DNA from: Kineococcus radiotolerans SRS30216 = ATCC BAA-149
Lineage (GTDB): Bacteria > Actinomycetota > Actinomycetes > Actinomycetales > Kineococcaceae
Direction of reading: 5' to 3'
DNA: 32,000 nt
Assembly (NCBI RefSeq): GCF_000017305.1
Contig: NC_009664.2
Span: 570,001-602,000, forward strand
Each line of letters begins with the position of its first letter. Position 1 is the stretch's first letter. This document shows, piece after piece, positions 1 to 8,236 of the stretch. The notes beneath the pieces were generated by a model that did not search any database, was not told where the DNA came from, and saw only the letters and a program-made list of their open reading frames with translations. Position numbers and translations under genes: made by a program.

Positions 1-12
1 GGGAGCGCGCCC

Positions 13-771
13 GTGGCTTCGAACGCCTCTGAGACCCGGCGGCCCCTCATCGGCCTCACGACCTACCTGGAACCGAGCCGGCACGGGGTGTGGGACGTGG
101 TCTCGGCGCTGCTGCCCGCGGTGTACGTCGACGGCGTGCGCGCCGCGGGCGGGCGCCCGGTGCTGCTGCCGCCCTGCGAACCGGGGGGCACCGGCTGGTC
201 CGACGCCGAGCTCGCCGACCTCGACGGCCTGGTCCTGACCGGCGGCGGCGACGTCGACCCCGCGCGCTACGGGCAGGTCCCGCTGAGCACCACCGGCACC
301 CCGCACCCGGTGCGCGACGACCACGAGATCTCCCTCGTGCGCTCCGCCCTGCGCCTGGGCCTGCCGGTGCTGGGCATCTGCCGGGGGGCGCAGGTCCTCA
401 ACGTCGCCCTGGGCGGCACCCTGCACCAGCACCTGCCCGACGTCCTGGCCGGGCGCCGGCACCAGGGGGAACCCGCCGAGTTCACCACGACGCGGGTGCG
501 CACCGAACCCGGCTCGCGGGTCCGGGACCTGCTCGGGGAGGAGACCACCGTGCACTGCTACCACCACCAGGCGGTGGACCGGCTCGCCGACGGCCTGCGC
601 GTCGCGGCCCGCGCGGGCGACGGCACCGTGGAGGCGGTGGAGGGCGTCGACCCCGGCGCCGGTTTCCTGCTGGGGGTGCAGTGGCACCCGGAGGAGGACA
701 CCGGCGACCGCCGGCTCTTCGCGGCGGTCGTCGCCGCCGCCCGCGACGCCTCGGCGGCGGTGGCGCGGTGA
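13..771 (+). CDS. class-I glutamine amidotransferase-like C26 peptidase, gamma-glutamyl-gamma-aminobutyrate hydrolase (PuuD) family
   Basis: 252-aa ORF from GTG 13. Nucleophile elbow GICRGAQVLNVALGG and His motif GVQWHPEE. Stop TGA 769-771 overlaps the GTG of the next gene (GTGA). Confidence 0.85.
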   Translation: MASNASETRRPLIGLTTYLEPSRHGVWDVVSALLPAVYVDGVRAAGGRPVLLPPCEPGGTGWSDAELADLDGLVLTGGGDVDPARYGQVPLSTTGTPHPVRDDHEISLVRSALRLGLPVLGICRGAQVLNVALGGTLHQHLPDVLAGRRHQGEPAEFTTTRVRTEPGSRVRDLLGEETTVHCYHHQAVDRLADGLRVAARAGDGTVEAVEGVDPGAGFLLGVQWHPEEDTGDRRLFAAVVAAARDASAAVAR

Positions 772-2162
772 GCGAGCAGCACGAGGGCGGCACCCACGAC
801 GTCGTGGACCCCAGCACCGGGGTCGCGTTCACCACCGTGGAGATGGCCGGCACCGCCGCGGTGGACGCCGCCGTGGAGCGCGCCGCCGCGGCCTTCCCCG
901 CCTGGCGCGACGTCGCCCCCGCCGACCGGGCCCGGCTGCTGCGCCGCGTCGCCGCGGCGGTGGACGCCGACCTGGACCACCTCGCGGACCTGGAGGTGCG
1001 CGAGGCCGGTCACCCCACCGCCAACGCGCGCTGGGAGGCGGGGAACCTGCGCGACGTGCTGGAGTACTCCGCCGCGGCCGTGGAGCGCCACCTCGGCGAC
1101 CAGATCCCGGTGGCCGGCGGCATCGACGTCACCTTCCACGAACCCCTCGGCGTGGTCGGGGTCATCACCCCGTGGAACTTCCCGATGCCCATCGCGGGCT
1201 GGAGCGTCGGCCCGGCCCTGGCCGCGGGGAACACCGTCGTCCTGAAACCCGCCGAGCTCACCCCCCTGACGTCGCTGCGGTTCGCGGAACTGGCGCGGGA
1301 GGCGGGTCTGCCCGAGGGCGTCCTGCAGGTGCTGCCCGGGCGGGGCGACGTCGCCGGGCAGCGGCTCGTGGAGCACCCCGCGGTCCGCAAGCTCGTCTTC
1401 ACCGGTTCCACCGCCGTCGGGCGCGGGGTGATGGCCGGCGCCGCCCGCCACGTCAAGCGCGTCACCCTGGAACTGGGCGGCAAGAGCGCCAACATCGTCT
1501 TCGCCGACTCCGACCTCGAGCGCGCGGCGGCCACGGCGCCGGACGGGGTCTTCGACAACGCCGGGCAGGACTGCTGCGCCCGGTCCCGGATCCTGGTGCA
1601 GCGCAGCGTCCACGACCGCTTCCTGGAACTCCTGGAACCCGCGGTGAAGGGCGTCCGGGTGGCCGACCCGCGCTCCCCCGACGCGCAGATGGGCCCGCTG
1701 ATCTCCGCCGCCCAGCGCGAGCGGGTGGCGGGTTTCCTCACCGAGGAGTCCCTCGGGGCCAGCGCGGAGGTGGCGTTCACCGGCACCGCCCCGGAGGGGG
1801 CGGGGTTCTGGTTCCGGCCGACGGTCGTGCTCGCCCCGGACCCCCGGGTGCGCGTGGCCACCGAGGAGGTGTTCGGTCCGGTCGTCACCGTCACGCCCTT
1901 CGACGACGAGGCCGACGCCGTCCGGATCGCCAACGACTCCCGCTACGGCCTCTCGGGGTCGATCTGGACCCGCGACCTCGGCCGCGCGCTGCGGGTCAGC
2001 CGCGCGGTGGAGGCGGGGAACCTCTCGGTGAACTCCCACTCCTCGGTGCGCTACGGCACGCCCTTCGGCGGGGTGAAGGAGTCCGGCCTGGGCCGGGAAC
2101 TGGGCCCGCACGCCCTGGACGCCTTCACCGACGTCAAGAACGTCTTCATCTCCACCACCTGA
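768..2162 (+). CDS. NAD(P)-dependent aldehyde dehydrogenase (possibly aminobutyraldehyde-type, given the PuuD neighbour)
   Basis: In-frame GTG at 768 inside the 90..2162 ORF; the upstream part is Arg/Pro-rich junk overlapping the PuuD gene. Motifs WNFP, LELGGKSA (catalytic Glu), GQDCCARSR (catalytic Cys), EEVFGPV. Confidence 0.9.
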   Translation: MSEQHEGGTHDVVDPSTGVAFTTVEMAGTAAVDAAVERAAAAFPAWRDVAPADRARLLRRVAAAVDADLDHLADLEVREAGHPTANARWEAGNLRDVLEYSAAAVERHLGDQIPVAGGIDVTFHEPLGVVGVITPWNFPMPIAGWSVGPALAAGNTVVLKPAELTPLTSLRFAELAREAGLPEGVLQVLPGRGDVAGQRLVEHPAVRKLVFTGSTAVGRGVMAGAARHVKRVTLELGGKSANIVFADSDLERAAATAPDGVFDNAGQDCCARSRILVQRSVHDRFLELLEPAVKGVRVADPRSPDAQMGPLISAAQRERVAGFLTEESLGASAEVAFTGTAPEGAGFWFRPTVVLAPDPRVRVATEEVFGPVVTVTPFDDEADAVRIANDSRYGLSGSIWTRDLGRALRVSRAVEAGNLSVNSHSSVRYGTPFGGVKESGLGRELGPHALDAFTDVKNVFISTT

Positions 2163-2213
2163 TCCGCTCCCCCGATTCGTTCCACCCGAACCGCTCCCCC
2201 GAGAGGCTGCCCC

Positions 2214-3011
2214 GTGACGACCGCCAGCACCCAGGAAGCCCCCACCTCCCGCCGGCTGCCCGGCCGGGTCGCCGTCGTCACCGGCGGCGGCAGCGGCATC
2301 GGCCTGGCCACGGTCCGGCGGCTGGCTTCCGAGGGGGCCCACGTCGTCGTCGCCGACGTCGACGCCACCGCCGGGGAGGCCGCCGCGGCCGAGGTGGGGG
2401 GCCTCTTCGTGGGCACCGACGTCACCGACGCCGTGCAGGTGGAGGAGCTGTTCGCCACCGCGCACCGCACCTACGGTTCCGTCGACGTCGCCTTCAACAA
2501 CGCCGGGATCTCCCCGCCCGAGGACGACTCCATCCTCACCACCGGCCTCGAGGCGTGGCAGCGGGTGCAGGAGGTCAACCTGACGTCGGTGTACCTGTGC
2601 TGCAAGGCGGCCCTGCCCTACATGCGGGCCCAGGGCCGCGGTTCCATCGTCAACACCGCCTCGTTCGTCGCGGTGATGGGCTCGGCGACCTCGCAGATCT
2701 CCTACACCGCCTCCAAGGGCGGGGTGCTGGCGCTGAGCCGGGAGCTCGGGGTGCAGTTCGCCCGCGACGGGGTCCGCGTCAACGCGCTCTGCCCCGGTCC
2801 GGTGAACACCCCGCTGCTGCGGGAGCTGTTCGCCGCCGACCCCGAGCGCGCCGCGCGCCGGCTCGTCCACGTCCCCGTGGGCCGCTTCGCCGAACCGGAG
2901 GAGCTGGCCGCCGCGGTGGCCTTCCTGGCCAGCGACGACTCCTCCTTCATCACGGCGTCCACGTTCCTCGTCGACGGCGGGATCTCCAGCGCCTACGTGA
3001 CGCCGTTGTGA
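2214..3011 (+). CDS. short-chain dehydrogenase/reductase (FabG-like SDR)
   Basis: 265-aa ORF. TGGGSGIGLA Rossmann motif, NNAG, catalytic YTASKGG (Y-x3-K). RBS-like GAGAGG at 2201-2206. Confidence 0.9.
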   Translation: MTTASTQEAPTSRRLPGRVAVVTGGGSGIGLATVRRLASEGAHVVVADVDATAGEAAAAEVGGLFVGTDVTDAVQVEELFATAHRTYGSVDVAFNNAGISPPEDDSILTTGLEAWQRVQEVNLTSVYLCCKAALPYMRAQGRGSIVNTASFVAVMGSATSQISYTASKGGVLALSRELGVQFARDGVRVNALCPGPVNTPLLRELFAADPERAARRLVHVPVGRFAEPEELAAAVAFLASDDSSFITASTFLVDGGISSAYVTPL

Positions 3012-3763
3012 CGGCGGCCGCGCGCAGCGGTCCCGGCGCGGCGGCCACCGTCCCGCCGGGGCCGCCGCGCGCGGACCCCGTGGTGCTGCGCCCGCTGCGC
3101 ACCGGCAACGCGTTCGAGGAGACCGTGGAGCGGCTGCTGCAGACGATCCGCCTCGGCCTGGTCCCCCCGGGCCAGCGCCTGCCCGCGGAGCGCGACCTCG
3201 CCACCCGCCTCGGGGTCTCGCGGGCCACGCTGCGCGAGGCTCTCGCCGCCCTGCACGCGGCGGGCTGGGTGGAGGTGCGCCGCGGCCGCAGCGGCGGCAC
3301 CTTCGTGCGCGAGGGGGCGCCGGTCCCGGGGGCGGGGCCGCTGCCCTCACCCACCGAGGTCGAGGACGTCCTCGTCCTGCGCCGGGTCGTGGAGGTGGGG
3401 GCGGTGGAGGTCGCCGCCCAGCGGTCGCTGAGCGCCGCCCAGCGCCGGGAGCTGGACACCCACCTGCGCCTGGCCGAGGCGGCCCCGGCCGAGGACTACC
3501 GCCGTTGCGACTCCCGCCTGCACCTGGCCCTGGCCGAGGCCAGCGGCTCACCCTCGCTGGTCGCGGTGGTCGCCGACGCGCGGACCCGCCTCAACGACCT
3601 GCTCGACCGCATCCCGCTGCTGGCGGCGAACCTGCAGCACTCCAACGTCCAGCACCGGCACATCGTGGACGCCGTGCTCGCGGCCGACCCCGCCCGGGCG
3701 CGCGCGGAGGCGCTGCGGCACGTGGAGGCCAGCGCCGCGCTGCTGCGCGGGTTCCTCAGCTGA
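3008..3763 (+). CDS. GntR/FadR-family transcriptional regulator
   Basis: GTG 3008 overlaps the SDR stop (GTGA) and is in frame with the 1172..3763 ORF. Winged-helix segment LPAERDLATRLGVSRATLREALAALHAAGWVEVRRGRSGGTFV followed by an all-helical FCD-like C-terminus. Confidence 0.85.
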   Translation: MTAAARSGPGAAATVPPGPPRADPVVLRPLRTGNAFEETVERLLQTIRLGLVPPGQRLPAERDLATRLGVSRATLREALAALHAAGWVEVRRGRSGGTFVREGAPVPGAGPLPSPTEVEDVLVLRRVVEVGAVEVAAQRSLSAAQRRELDTHLRLAEAAPAEDYRRCDSRLHLALAEASGSPSLVAVVADARTRLNDLLDRIPLLAANLQHSNVQHRHIVDAVLAADPARARAEALRHVEASAALLRGFLS

Positions 3764-5624
3764 CCGGGCTCCCCGCGGTGGTCGCGGCGGGGCCGTCGAG
3801 GCGGACGGCGAGGACGGCGATGTCGTCGAGGCCGGTGGGGCGCATCCGGGCCAGCAGTTCCGGGCCCAGCCCGGGCAGGGGGGTCCCACCGAGGTCGGCG
3901 CCGACGCGCAGCAGCCGCGCCAGACCCGTGGTCAGCGACTCCCCGGGGTGCTCGACCAGGCCGTCGCTGTAGAGGACGAGCGTCGCGCCCGGCGCGAGGG
4001 GCAGGTCGGCGTCGGCGCGCGCGAGGTCGGCGACCCCGACCGGCAGGTCGACGACGTCGTCGAGGAGCCGGGCGGGGGCGCCGGGGGTCAGCAGCAGCGG
4101 CGGGGGGTGCCCCGCGCACGTCCAGCGCAGGTGCGCGCCCCCGGGGGTGGTGGTGAGGCGGGCGTAGACCAGGGTGGCCACGTCGTCGGGGGCGAAGCGC
4201 TGCACCACCCGGTCCAGCCGGGTGACCACCTCCGAGGCGGGGCCGATCCGGTCCCCGGCCAGGGCGCGCAGCTTGTGCCGGATCGCGCCCATGCGGGTCG
4301 CGGCGTGCAGGTCGTGCCCGGCGACGTCGCCGATGACGAGGCCGGTGCTGCCGTCGGGCAGGGCGAAGGCGTCGTACCAGTCGCCGCCGACCTGGGCGAG
4401 GTCGCTGGCGGGGCGGTAGAGCCCCGCGAGCTCCAGCGGGCCGATGCGTGGGGCGAGGTCCGGCAGCAGCGCGCGCTGCATCTGCTCCGCGCGGTGCACC
4501 TGGCGCCCCAGGACGCGGGTGGTGTCCAGCAGGGCGCCGGCGCGGGCGGCGAGGTCGGCGGTGAAGTCGAGGTCCTCCTGGCGGTAGGGGCGAGCGGTGT
4601 CGGTGCGGACCAGCGTGATCGCACCCAGGGTGCGCCCCCGCGCCCGCAGCGGTGCGGTGATCCCCTCCACCGCACCGAGGTCGCGCACCAGGTCGAGGCG
4701 CTCGGCGGCCAGGGCGTCCACCGCGACGGCCGGGACCACCCGGTGGTGGTGCAACGGGGCGCCGTGCAGCACCTGGGCCAATCCGCTGGTCATCCCCGGC
4801 CGCAGCGGCGGCAGCGGCCCGAGGCGCGCCGCGCCCGCGGCGTCGAGGGCGGGGTCGCGGTGGGTGAGCGCGACGCGTTCCAGGGCGGAGCCGTCCTCGG
4901 CCAGGACGTCGACGGTGACCCAGTCGGCGAGGACGGGGACGAGGAGGCGGGCCAGAGTGCGCAACCCGGTGACGACGTCGTCGCTGTCGCCCAGGGCGCG
5001 GGAGACGTCGGCGAGCAGGGCCAGGCGCACGTTGGCGGCCTCGAGGTCGGCCAGGCGCGCGCGCTGGCGGGACACCTCGGCGCCGTGGGCGCGGGCGTCG
5101 GAGAAGGTCAGGACGCCGCCGGTCAGGGTGTGCGCGAGCACGGTGGGCGCGAAGGCCCAGGTGACGACCAGCGCGGAGCCGTCCTCGCGCAGGAAGACGT
5201 CGTCCTCGCCCGCCGCGGGCCGCGCGGCGCGCAGCGCGGCCAGGATGGCGCACTCCTCCGCCGCGACCGCGTGCCCGTCGGCGTGCTGGTGGCGGACGCG
5301 GTCGTGCAGGGGGCGGCCGAGCAGTTCCGCCTCGCCGTAGCCGAGCAGGCGCTCCACGGAGGGCGTCATGGCCGTCACCGCGCCGTCGCGGTCCAGGGCG
5401 ATCATGGCGACGGGGGCACCGCTGAACACCGAGGGCAGCAGCGCGGCATCGACGGCCACGCGGGTGTCACGGGTGTCGCCGGTGTCGCGCTCGCCGGCCC
5501 CGGTCACCGCTGGGCCCCGCGCCCGGTGCGGTCCGGCGACCCGAGCCCCGTCGGTCGCATCGTCCCTCCACCCGGTCCTCCCGCCGGCACCACCGTCGGT
5601 GACGAGCGAGGACCTACCGTACAA
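3756..5624 (-). CDS. PAS/GAF sensor-domain PP2C (SpoIIE/RsbU-type) serine phosphatase
   Basis: 622-aa ORF. PAS-like N-terminus (MIALDRDGAVTAMTPSVERLLGYGEAELLGRPLHD), GAF-like middle, PP2C motifs GGDWYDAF, GDVAGHDLHAATRMG, LVLYSDGLVE. The 5624 start is TTG. In-frame GTGs at 5507 and 5459 are alternatives, so the start is uncertain. Confidence 0.8.
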   Translation of the reverse strand: MYGRSSLVTDGGAGGRTGWRDDATDGARVAGPHRARGPAVTGAGERDTGDTRDTRVAVDAALLPSVFSGAPVAMIALDRDGAVTAMTPSVERLLGYGEAELLGRPLHDRVRHQHADGHAVAAEECAILAALRAARPAAGEDDVFLREDGSALVVTWAFAPTVLAHTLTGGVLTFSDARAHGAEVSRQRARLADLEAANVRLALLADVSRALGDSDDVVTGLRTLARLLVPVLADWVTVDVLAEDGSALERVALTHRDPALDAAGAARLGPLPPLRPGMTSGLAQVLHGAPLHHHRVVPAVAVDALAAERLDLVRDLGAVEGITAPLRARGRTLGAITLVRTDTARPYRQEDLDFTADLAARAGALLDTTRVLGRQVHRAEQMQRALLPDLAPRIGPLELAGLYRPASDLAQVGGDWYDAFALPDGSTGLVIGDVAGHDLHAATRMGAIRHKLRALAGDRIGPASEVVTRLDRVVQRFAPDDVATLVYARLTTTPGGAHLRWTCAGHPPPLLLTPGAPARLLDDVVDLPVGVADLARADADLPLAPGATLVLYSDGLVEHPGESLTTGLARLLRVGADLGGTPLPGLGPELLARMRPTGLDDIAVLAVRLDGPAATTAGSPVS

Positions 5625-5664
5625 GGGCGCGGCGGCCCGGTGCGCGACGGCGCGCGCTCCCGGG

Positions 5665-6219
5665 TCAGCCCAGCAGCGCGTCGACGTCGACGCGGACCGT
5701 CGCCACCCCGAGGTCGAGGTCGACGACGTCGCCGCGGCCGTGGACGGCGGTCGGGGCGAACACCCCCTCCAGCACCACGTACGTGGTGAGGGTCTCCGCG
5801 CGCGGGTCGACGATCCAGTACCGGGGCAGGCCGGCCGCGGCGTACTTCGCCATCTTCCGCAGCAGGTCGTCCCCGCGGTTGGAGGACACGATCTCCACGA
5901 CCAGCTCGGGGGTGCCCGTGAATCGGGCGCCCGAACCGGCGGCCGCTGTCGCCCGGTCGTAGACCATGACGTCGGGGATGAACTCGTCGCGCCCGGGCTT
6001 CCACGCCCACGCGGCGATCACCTCGTGCGAGGGCGGCAGGACCGCCTGCAGGGCGAAGGACAGCCGAAGCGCCACCTGCTGGTGCTGCTGCGTGGGACTG
6101 GGGCTCACGACGAGGCCCCCGTCGATGTACTCGGCACGCGGGTCCTCCGGAAGGCTCTCGTACTCCTCCCAGCTGAGGGACCGCCCCACGGTGAACAGGG
6201 ACGTCGTCTGCTCGGTCAC
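5665..6219 (-). CDS. Uma2-family (DUF820) putative endonuclease
   Basis: 184-aa ORF from GTG 6219, preceded by GGAGGAGG 6 nt upstream. Typical Uma2 pattern [13 protein letters not shown] ... PDVMVY ... PELVVEIVS ... [18 protein letters not shown]. Confidence 0.8.
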   Translation of the reverse strand: MTEQTTSLFTVGRSLSWEEYESLPEDPRAEYIDGGLVVSPSPTQQHQQVALRLSFALQAVLPPSHEVIAAWAWKPGRDEFIPDVMVYDRATAAAGSGARFTGTPELVVEIVSSNRGDDLLRKMAKYAAAGLPRYWIVDPRAETLTTYVVLEGVFAPTAVHGRGDVVDLDLGVATVRVDVDALLG

Positions 6220-6267
6220 GGGACACCTCCTCCGGGTCGCGGACCAGCCTAGCCGCGCCGGCCGTCG

Positions 6268-6819
6268 TCAGACCCGGTCGAACACCCCGCGCTGACGCGG
6301 CACGCCGGCCGTCGTCGCCACCGGCTGGCACACCCGCAGCAGCGCGCTCGGCACCTCGGTCAGCTCCCCCTCCAGGGTCACCCCCGACGAGCCAGTGCGC
6401 AGCAACCGCGCCGAGCGGTGCGTCCCGCGCACCACGTCGTCCACCCGCACCGACATCGCCGGCACGTCCACGGCGTCGCTCAGCAGCTGCCGCAGCGCCT
6501 CCGGCGACGCCGTGACCCGCTCCCCCGCCAGCACGCACAGCGCCCAGTCCGCACCCACGTGCGCCATCGCCGCCTGCTGCGCCTTCTCCCGGTCCTCCGC
6601 CCAGAACCCCGACACCACCGTCACCGCCGGGTGCAGCGTCGCGTCGAAGGCCGCGCTCCCCGGCGCGAGGTGGTCGGCGGTGTCGTAGACCACGACCTCG
6701 TCGGCCACGTCGACCAGACCCCGCAGGTCGTGCTCCAGCGCCGGGGCCAGGGTCGCGGTGTCGCTCGCGCCCTGCAGCACGAGGCACGCCGCGATGGTGG
6801 TGCGGGAAGTGGGGGCCAT
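6268..6819 (-). CDS. hypothetical protein; weak resemblance to the N-terminal half of a family-2 glycosyltransferase fold with the DxD position changed
   Basis: ATG 6819 with GGAGA 7 nt upstream; the longer 6882 start has no RBS. Pattern IAACLVL..., LVDVADEVVVYDT, W-EDREKAQQAAMAHVGADWALCVLAGERV resembles the GT2 layout (I-x-VKNEE, VDEIIVVDTGS, W-DDF-AARN...GDWIL-LDADE), but LAGE replaces DADE. Confidence 0.5.
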   Translation of the reverse strand: MAPTSRTTIAACLVLQGASDTATLAPALEHDLRGLVDVADEVVVYDTADHLAPGSAAFDATLHPAVTVVSGFWAEDREKAQQAAMAHVGADWALCVLAGERVTASPEALRQLLSDAVDVPAMSVRVDDVVRGTHRSARLLRTGSSGVTLEGELTEVPSALLRVCQPVATTAGVPRQRGVFDRV

Positions 6820-7204
6820 GGTGATCTCCGTCGGTCGGCAGGGGGCGCTGGTCACACCCTTCCTCGGAGCATCGGGCGGCACCCTTGAAGAGTTACGCGT
6901 GTCACACTCTTTTTACACAGCGTTGACATCCGGGGTCCGTCGTTCGCCGGGCGGACACGTCCAGGGCGCTCGTGCTCTTGTGATCCGCAGGGCCCGCGCG
7001 GTGCCGCTGGGGATGACGGGTTCACTACCGTCGGGCAGTGACTGCACCGGCCGGACACCGGGGGCAGCTCTCAGCGCCGCCGGCAGGTCAGTCCCCGCCC
7101 CGGATCGGGACCGAGTGCCTGCCCCGCCCCCAGGACGGCGCCGCGTACAGCTGCGGAGCGACCGCCGGCTCCATCCGGCGCGGGCGGCCAGTGGCGAAAA
7201 CGGA

Positions 7205-7244
7205 GGAGGGTGGGGTCCGGCCAGGTGGCCGGGCCCCACCCTCC
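7205..7244 (-). terminator. intrinsic terminator after the fliS-coupled ORF
   Basis: 18-bp stem GGAGGGTGGGGTCCGGCC / GGCCGGGCCCCACCCTCC (one G-U), loop AGGT, followed on the minus strand by CCGTTTTCGCC. Begins 15 nt after the stop at 7259. Confidence 0.7.
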
Positions 7245-7258
7245 GGGTGGTGCGACGT

Positions 7259-7621
7259 TCAGAGCGGTTTGTCGAAGAACACCGGGCGACGCTCCGCCCG
7301 TTCCATCTTGCCCAGCGCGCGGCGTTGGGCGCGCACCTGCACCAGCGCCTCGGCCAGACGTTCGCTGACCTCGAGGTGACGCTGCAGCAGCCGACGGGCC
7401 CGGTCGCTGAACTCCATCGGGATCGCCCCCTGCAGGCTGGGTGCGATCCAGTCCTGCGGGGTCAGCAGCTCCTCGGGAACGTCCTCCCCGCCCGCGTGCA
7501 GACGCGCGAGCAGTTCCTCGGCCGTGGTGACGTCGACCTCCACGTCGGCCAGGGCCGCACCCCACGCGTCGCGCCAGCGGTCTCCCGCGAGGCTCTCGAC
7601 GGGGCCGACCGGATCGATCAC
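7259..7621 (-). CDS. hypothetical protein translationally coupled to fliS (occupies the FliT position of Bacillus-type loci)
   Basis: GTG 7621-7619 overlaps the fliS stop TGA 7620-7618 (GTGA). G/C at nearly every third codon position along the 120 codons. No recognisable motif. Confidence 0.6.
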   Translation of the reverse strand: MIDPVGPVESLAGDRWRDAWGAALADVEVDVTTAEELLARLHAGGEDVPEELLTPQDWIAPSLQGAIPMEFSDRARRLLQRHLEVSERLAEALVQVRAQRRALGKMERAERRPVFFDKPL

Positions 7622-8034
7622 AGCGCGGCGGGGGCTGCGCCGCCGGACAGGCTCTCCAACGCCGCCTGGCGCCACGCCTCGGCCAGCGGCTCGATCGTGT
7701 CGACGCGGACGGCGGCGGTGCGGTCCGCGTCCCCGGAGAGGTTGGCGGCGACGAGTTCCTGCACGATCCAGGTGTAGAGGGCCACCAGGCCTGGGCCACC
7801 CTCCCACTTCGACACGTCGAGGCTGACCTGCAGCTCGCGGACGATGTCCTGCGCGTGGATGAGGTTGGTGTGCGCGGTCTCGCGGTCGCCGGCGCGCTGG
7901 GCGTCCTCACCGCGCTGGAGGTCGAGCAGGAGCCGGTCGTAGAGCATGACGAGCAGCGCGGCGGGGCTCGCGGTGGCGAGGCTGTCGTTGAGATAGGCGT
8001 TGGCCTGGGCACGCCGGTGCATCATCGCGGTCAT
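7618..8034 (-). CDS. fliS: flagellar export chaperone FliS
   Basis: ATG 8034 preceded by ACGGAGGA. AYLNDSLATASPAALLVMLYDRLLLDLQRG ... AHTNLIHAQDIVRELQVSLD is the FliS four-helix pattern. Confidence 0.9.
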   Translation of the reverse strand: MTAMMHRRAQANAYLNDSLATASPAALLVMLYDRLLLDLQRGEDAQRAGDRETAHTNLIHAQDIVRELQVSLDVSKWEGGPGLVALYTWIVQELVAANLSGDADRTAAVRVDTIEPLAEAWRQAALESLSGGAAPAAL

Positions 8035-8167
8035 GTGGTGGTCCTCCGTGGTCGAGGTGTTTCCTGCTCCTCCATCGACCGCGGGACCGCCCATCCGAGG
8101 TTTCTCACCGGACCGACCGGGATGAATCCGGCCGGACGAGCCGGTGACGCTGCGTCACCCGAAACGT

Positions 8168-8211
8168 AGGAGGGTCGGGTGCAGCGCTCATGCGCTGCAC
8201 CCGACCCTCCT
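8168..8211 (-). terminator. perfect 20-bp hairpin downstream of fliD
   Basis: AGGAGGGTCGGGTGCAGCGC-TCAT-GCGCTGCACCCGACCCTCCT, 26 nt after the fliD stop. On the minus strand it is followed by ACGTTTCGGG (short U run). Confidence 0.7.
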
Positions 8212-8236
8212 GTCGCGCTGGTCTCCGGCTGAGAAC

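Noticed and set aside
558-3551. Very long alternate-frame or antisense ORFs (558..3551 997 aa; 1172..3763 upstream part; 3496..5253; 13932..15914; 24332..26755; 25549..28431 upstream part; 28292..30982; the N-terminal 480 aa of 28505..31732)
   Set aside because: Their translations are Arg/Pro/Gly/Ala-rich with no motifs, and they overlap genes with clear family signatures. They are the expected stop-codon-poor shadow frames of DNA at more than 70% GC.
5665-6219. Uma2 endonuclease as a sign of a mobile element or defence island
   Set aside because: No flanking repeats, integrase, transposase, toxin partner or compositional break are visible. Uma2 genes are commonly solitary in actinobacterial chromosomes.
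5368-6252. Plus-strand ORF of 294 aa with an attractive CCACGGAGGGCGTC-ATG start context
   Set aside because: It is exactly codon-antiparallel to the PP2C and Uma2 genes. Its translation is low-complexity (Ser/Arg/Pro/Ala) and spans their intergenic gap, so it is a shadow ORF.
7093-7130. Two CCCCGCCCC motifs reminiscent of the C-rich loops of actinobacterial 6C RNA
   Set aside because: The supporting stems are only 4-6 bp by hand folding. I cannot show the two-hairpin 6C architecture or a promoter. It is kept only as part of the spacer finding.
7188-7195. B12-box-like GCCACTGG on the minus strand, which could indicate a cobalamin riboswitch in the long spacer
   Set aside because: The other conserved cobalamin-riboswitch elements are not present in the required order. 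The box sits immediately after a terminator, and the downstream gene has no cobalamin link.
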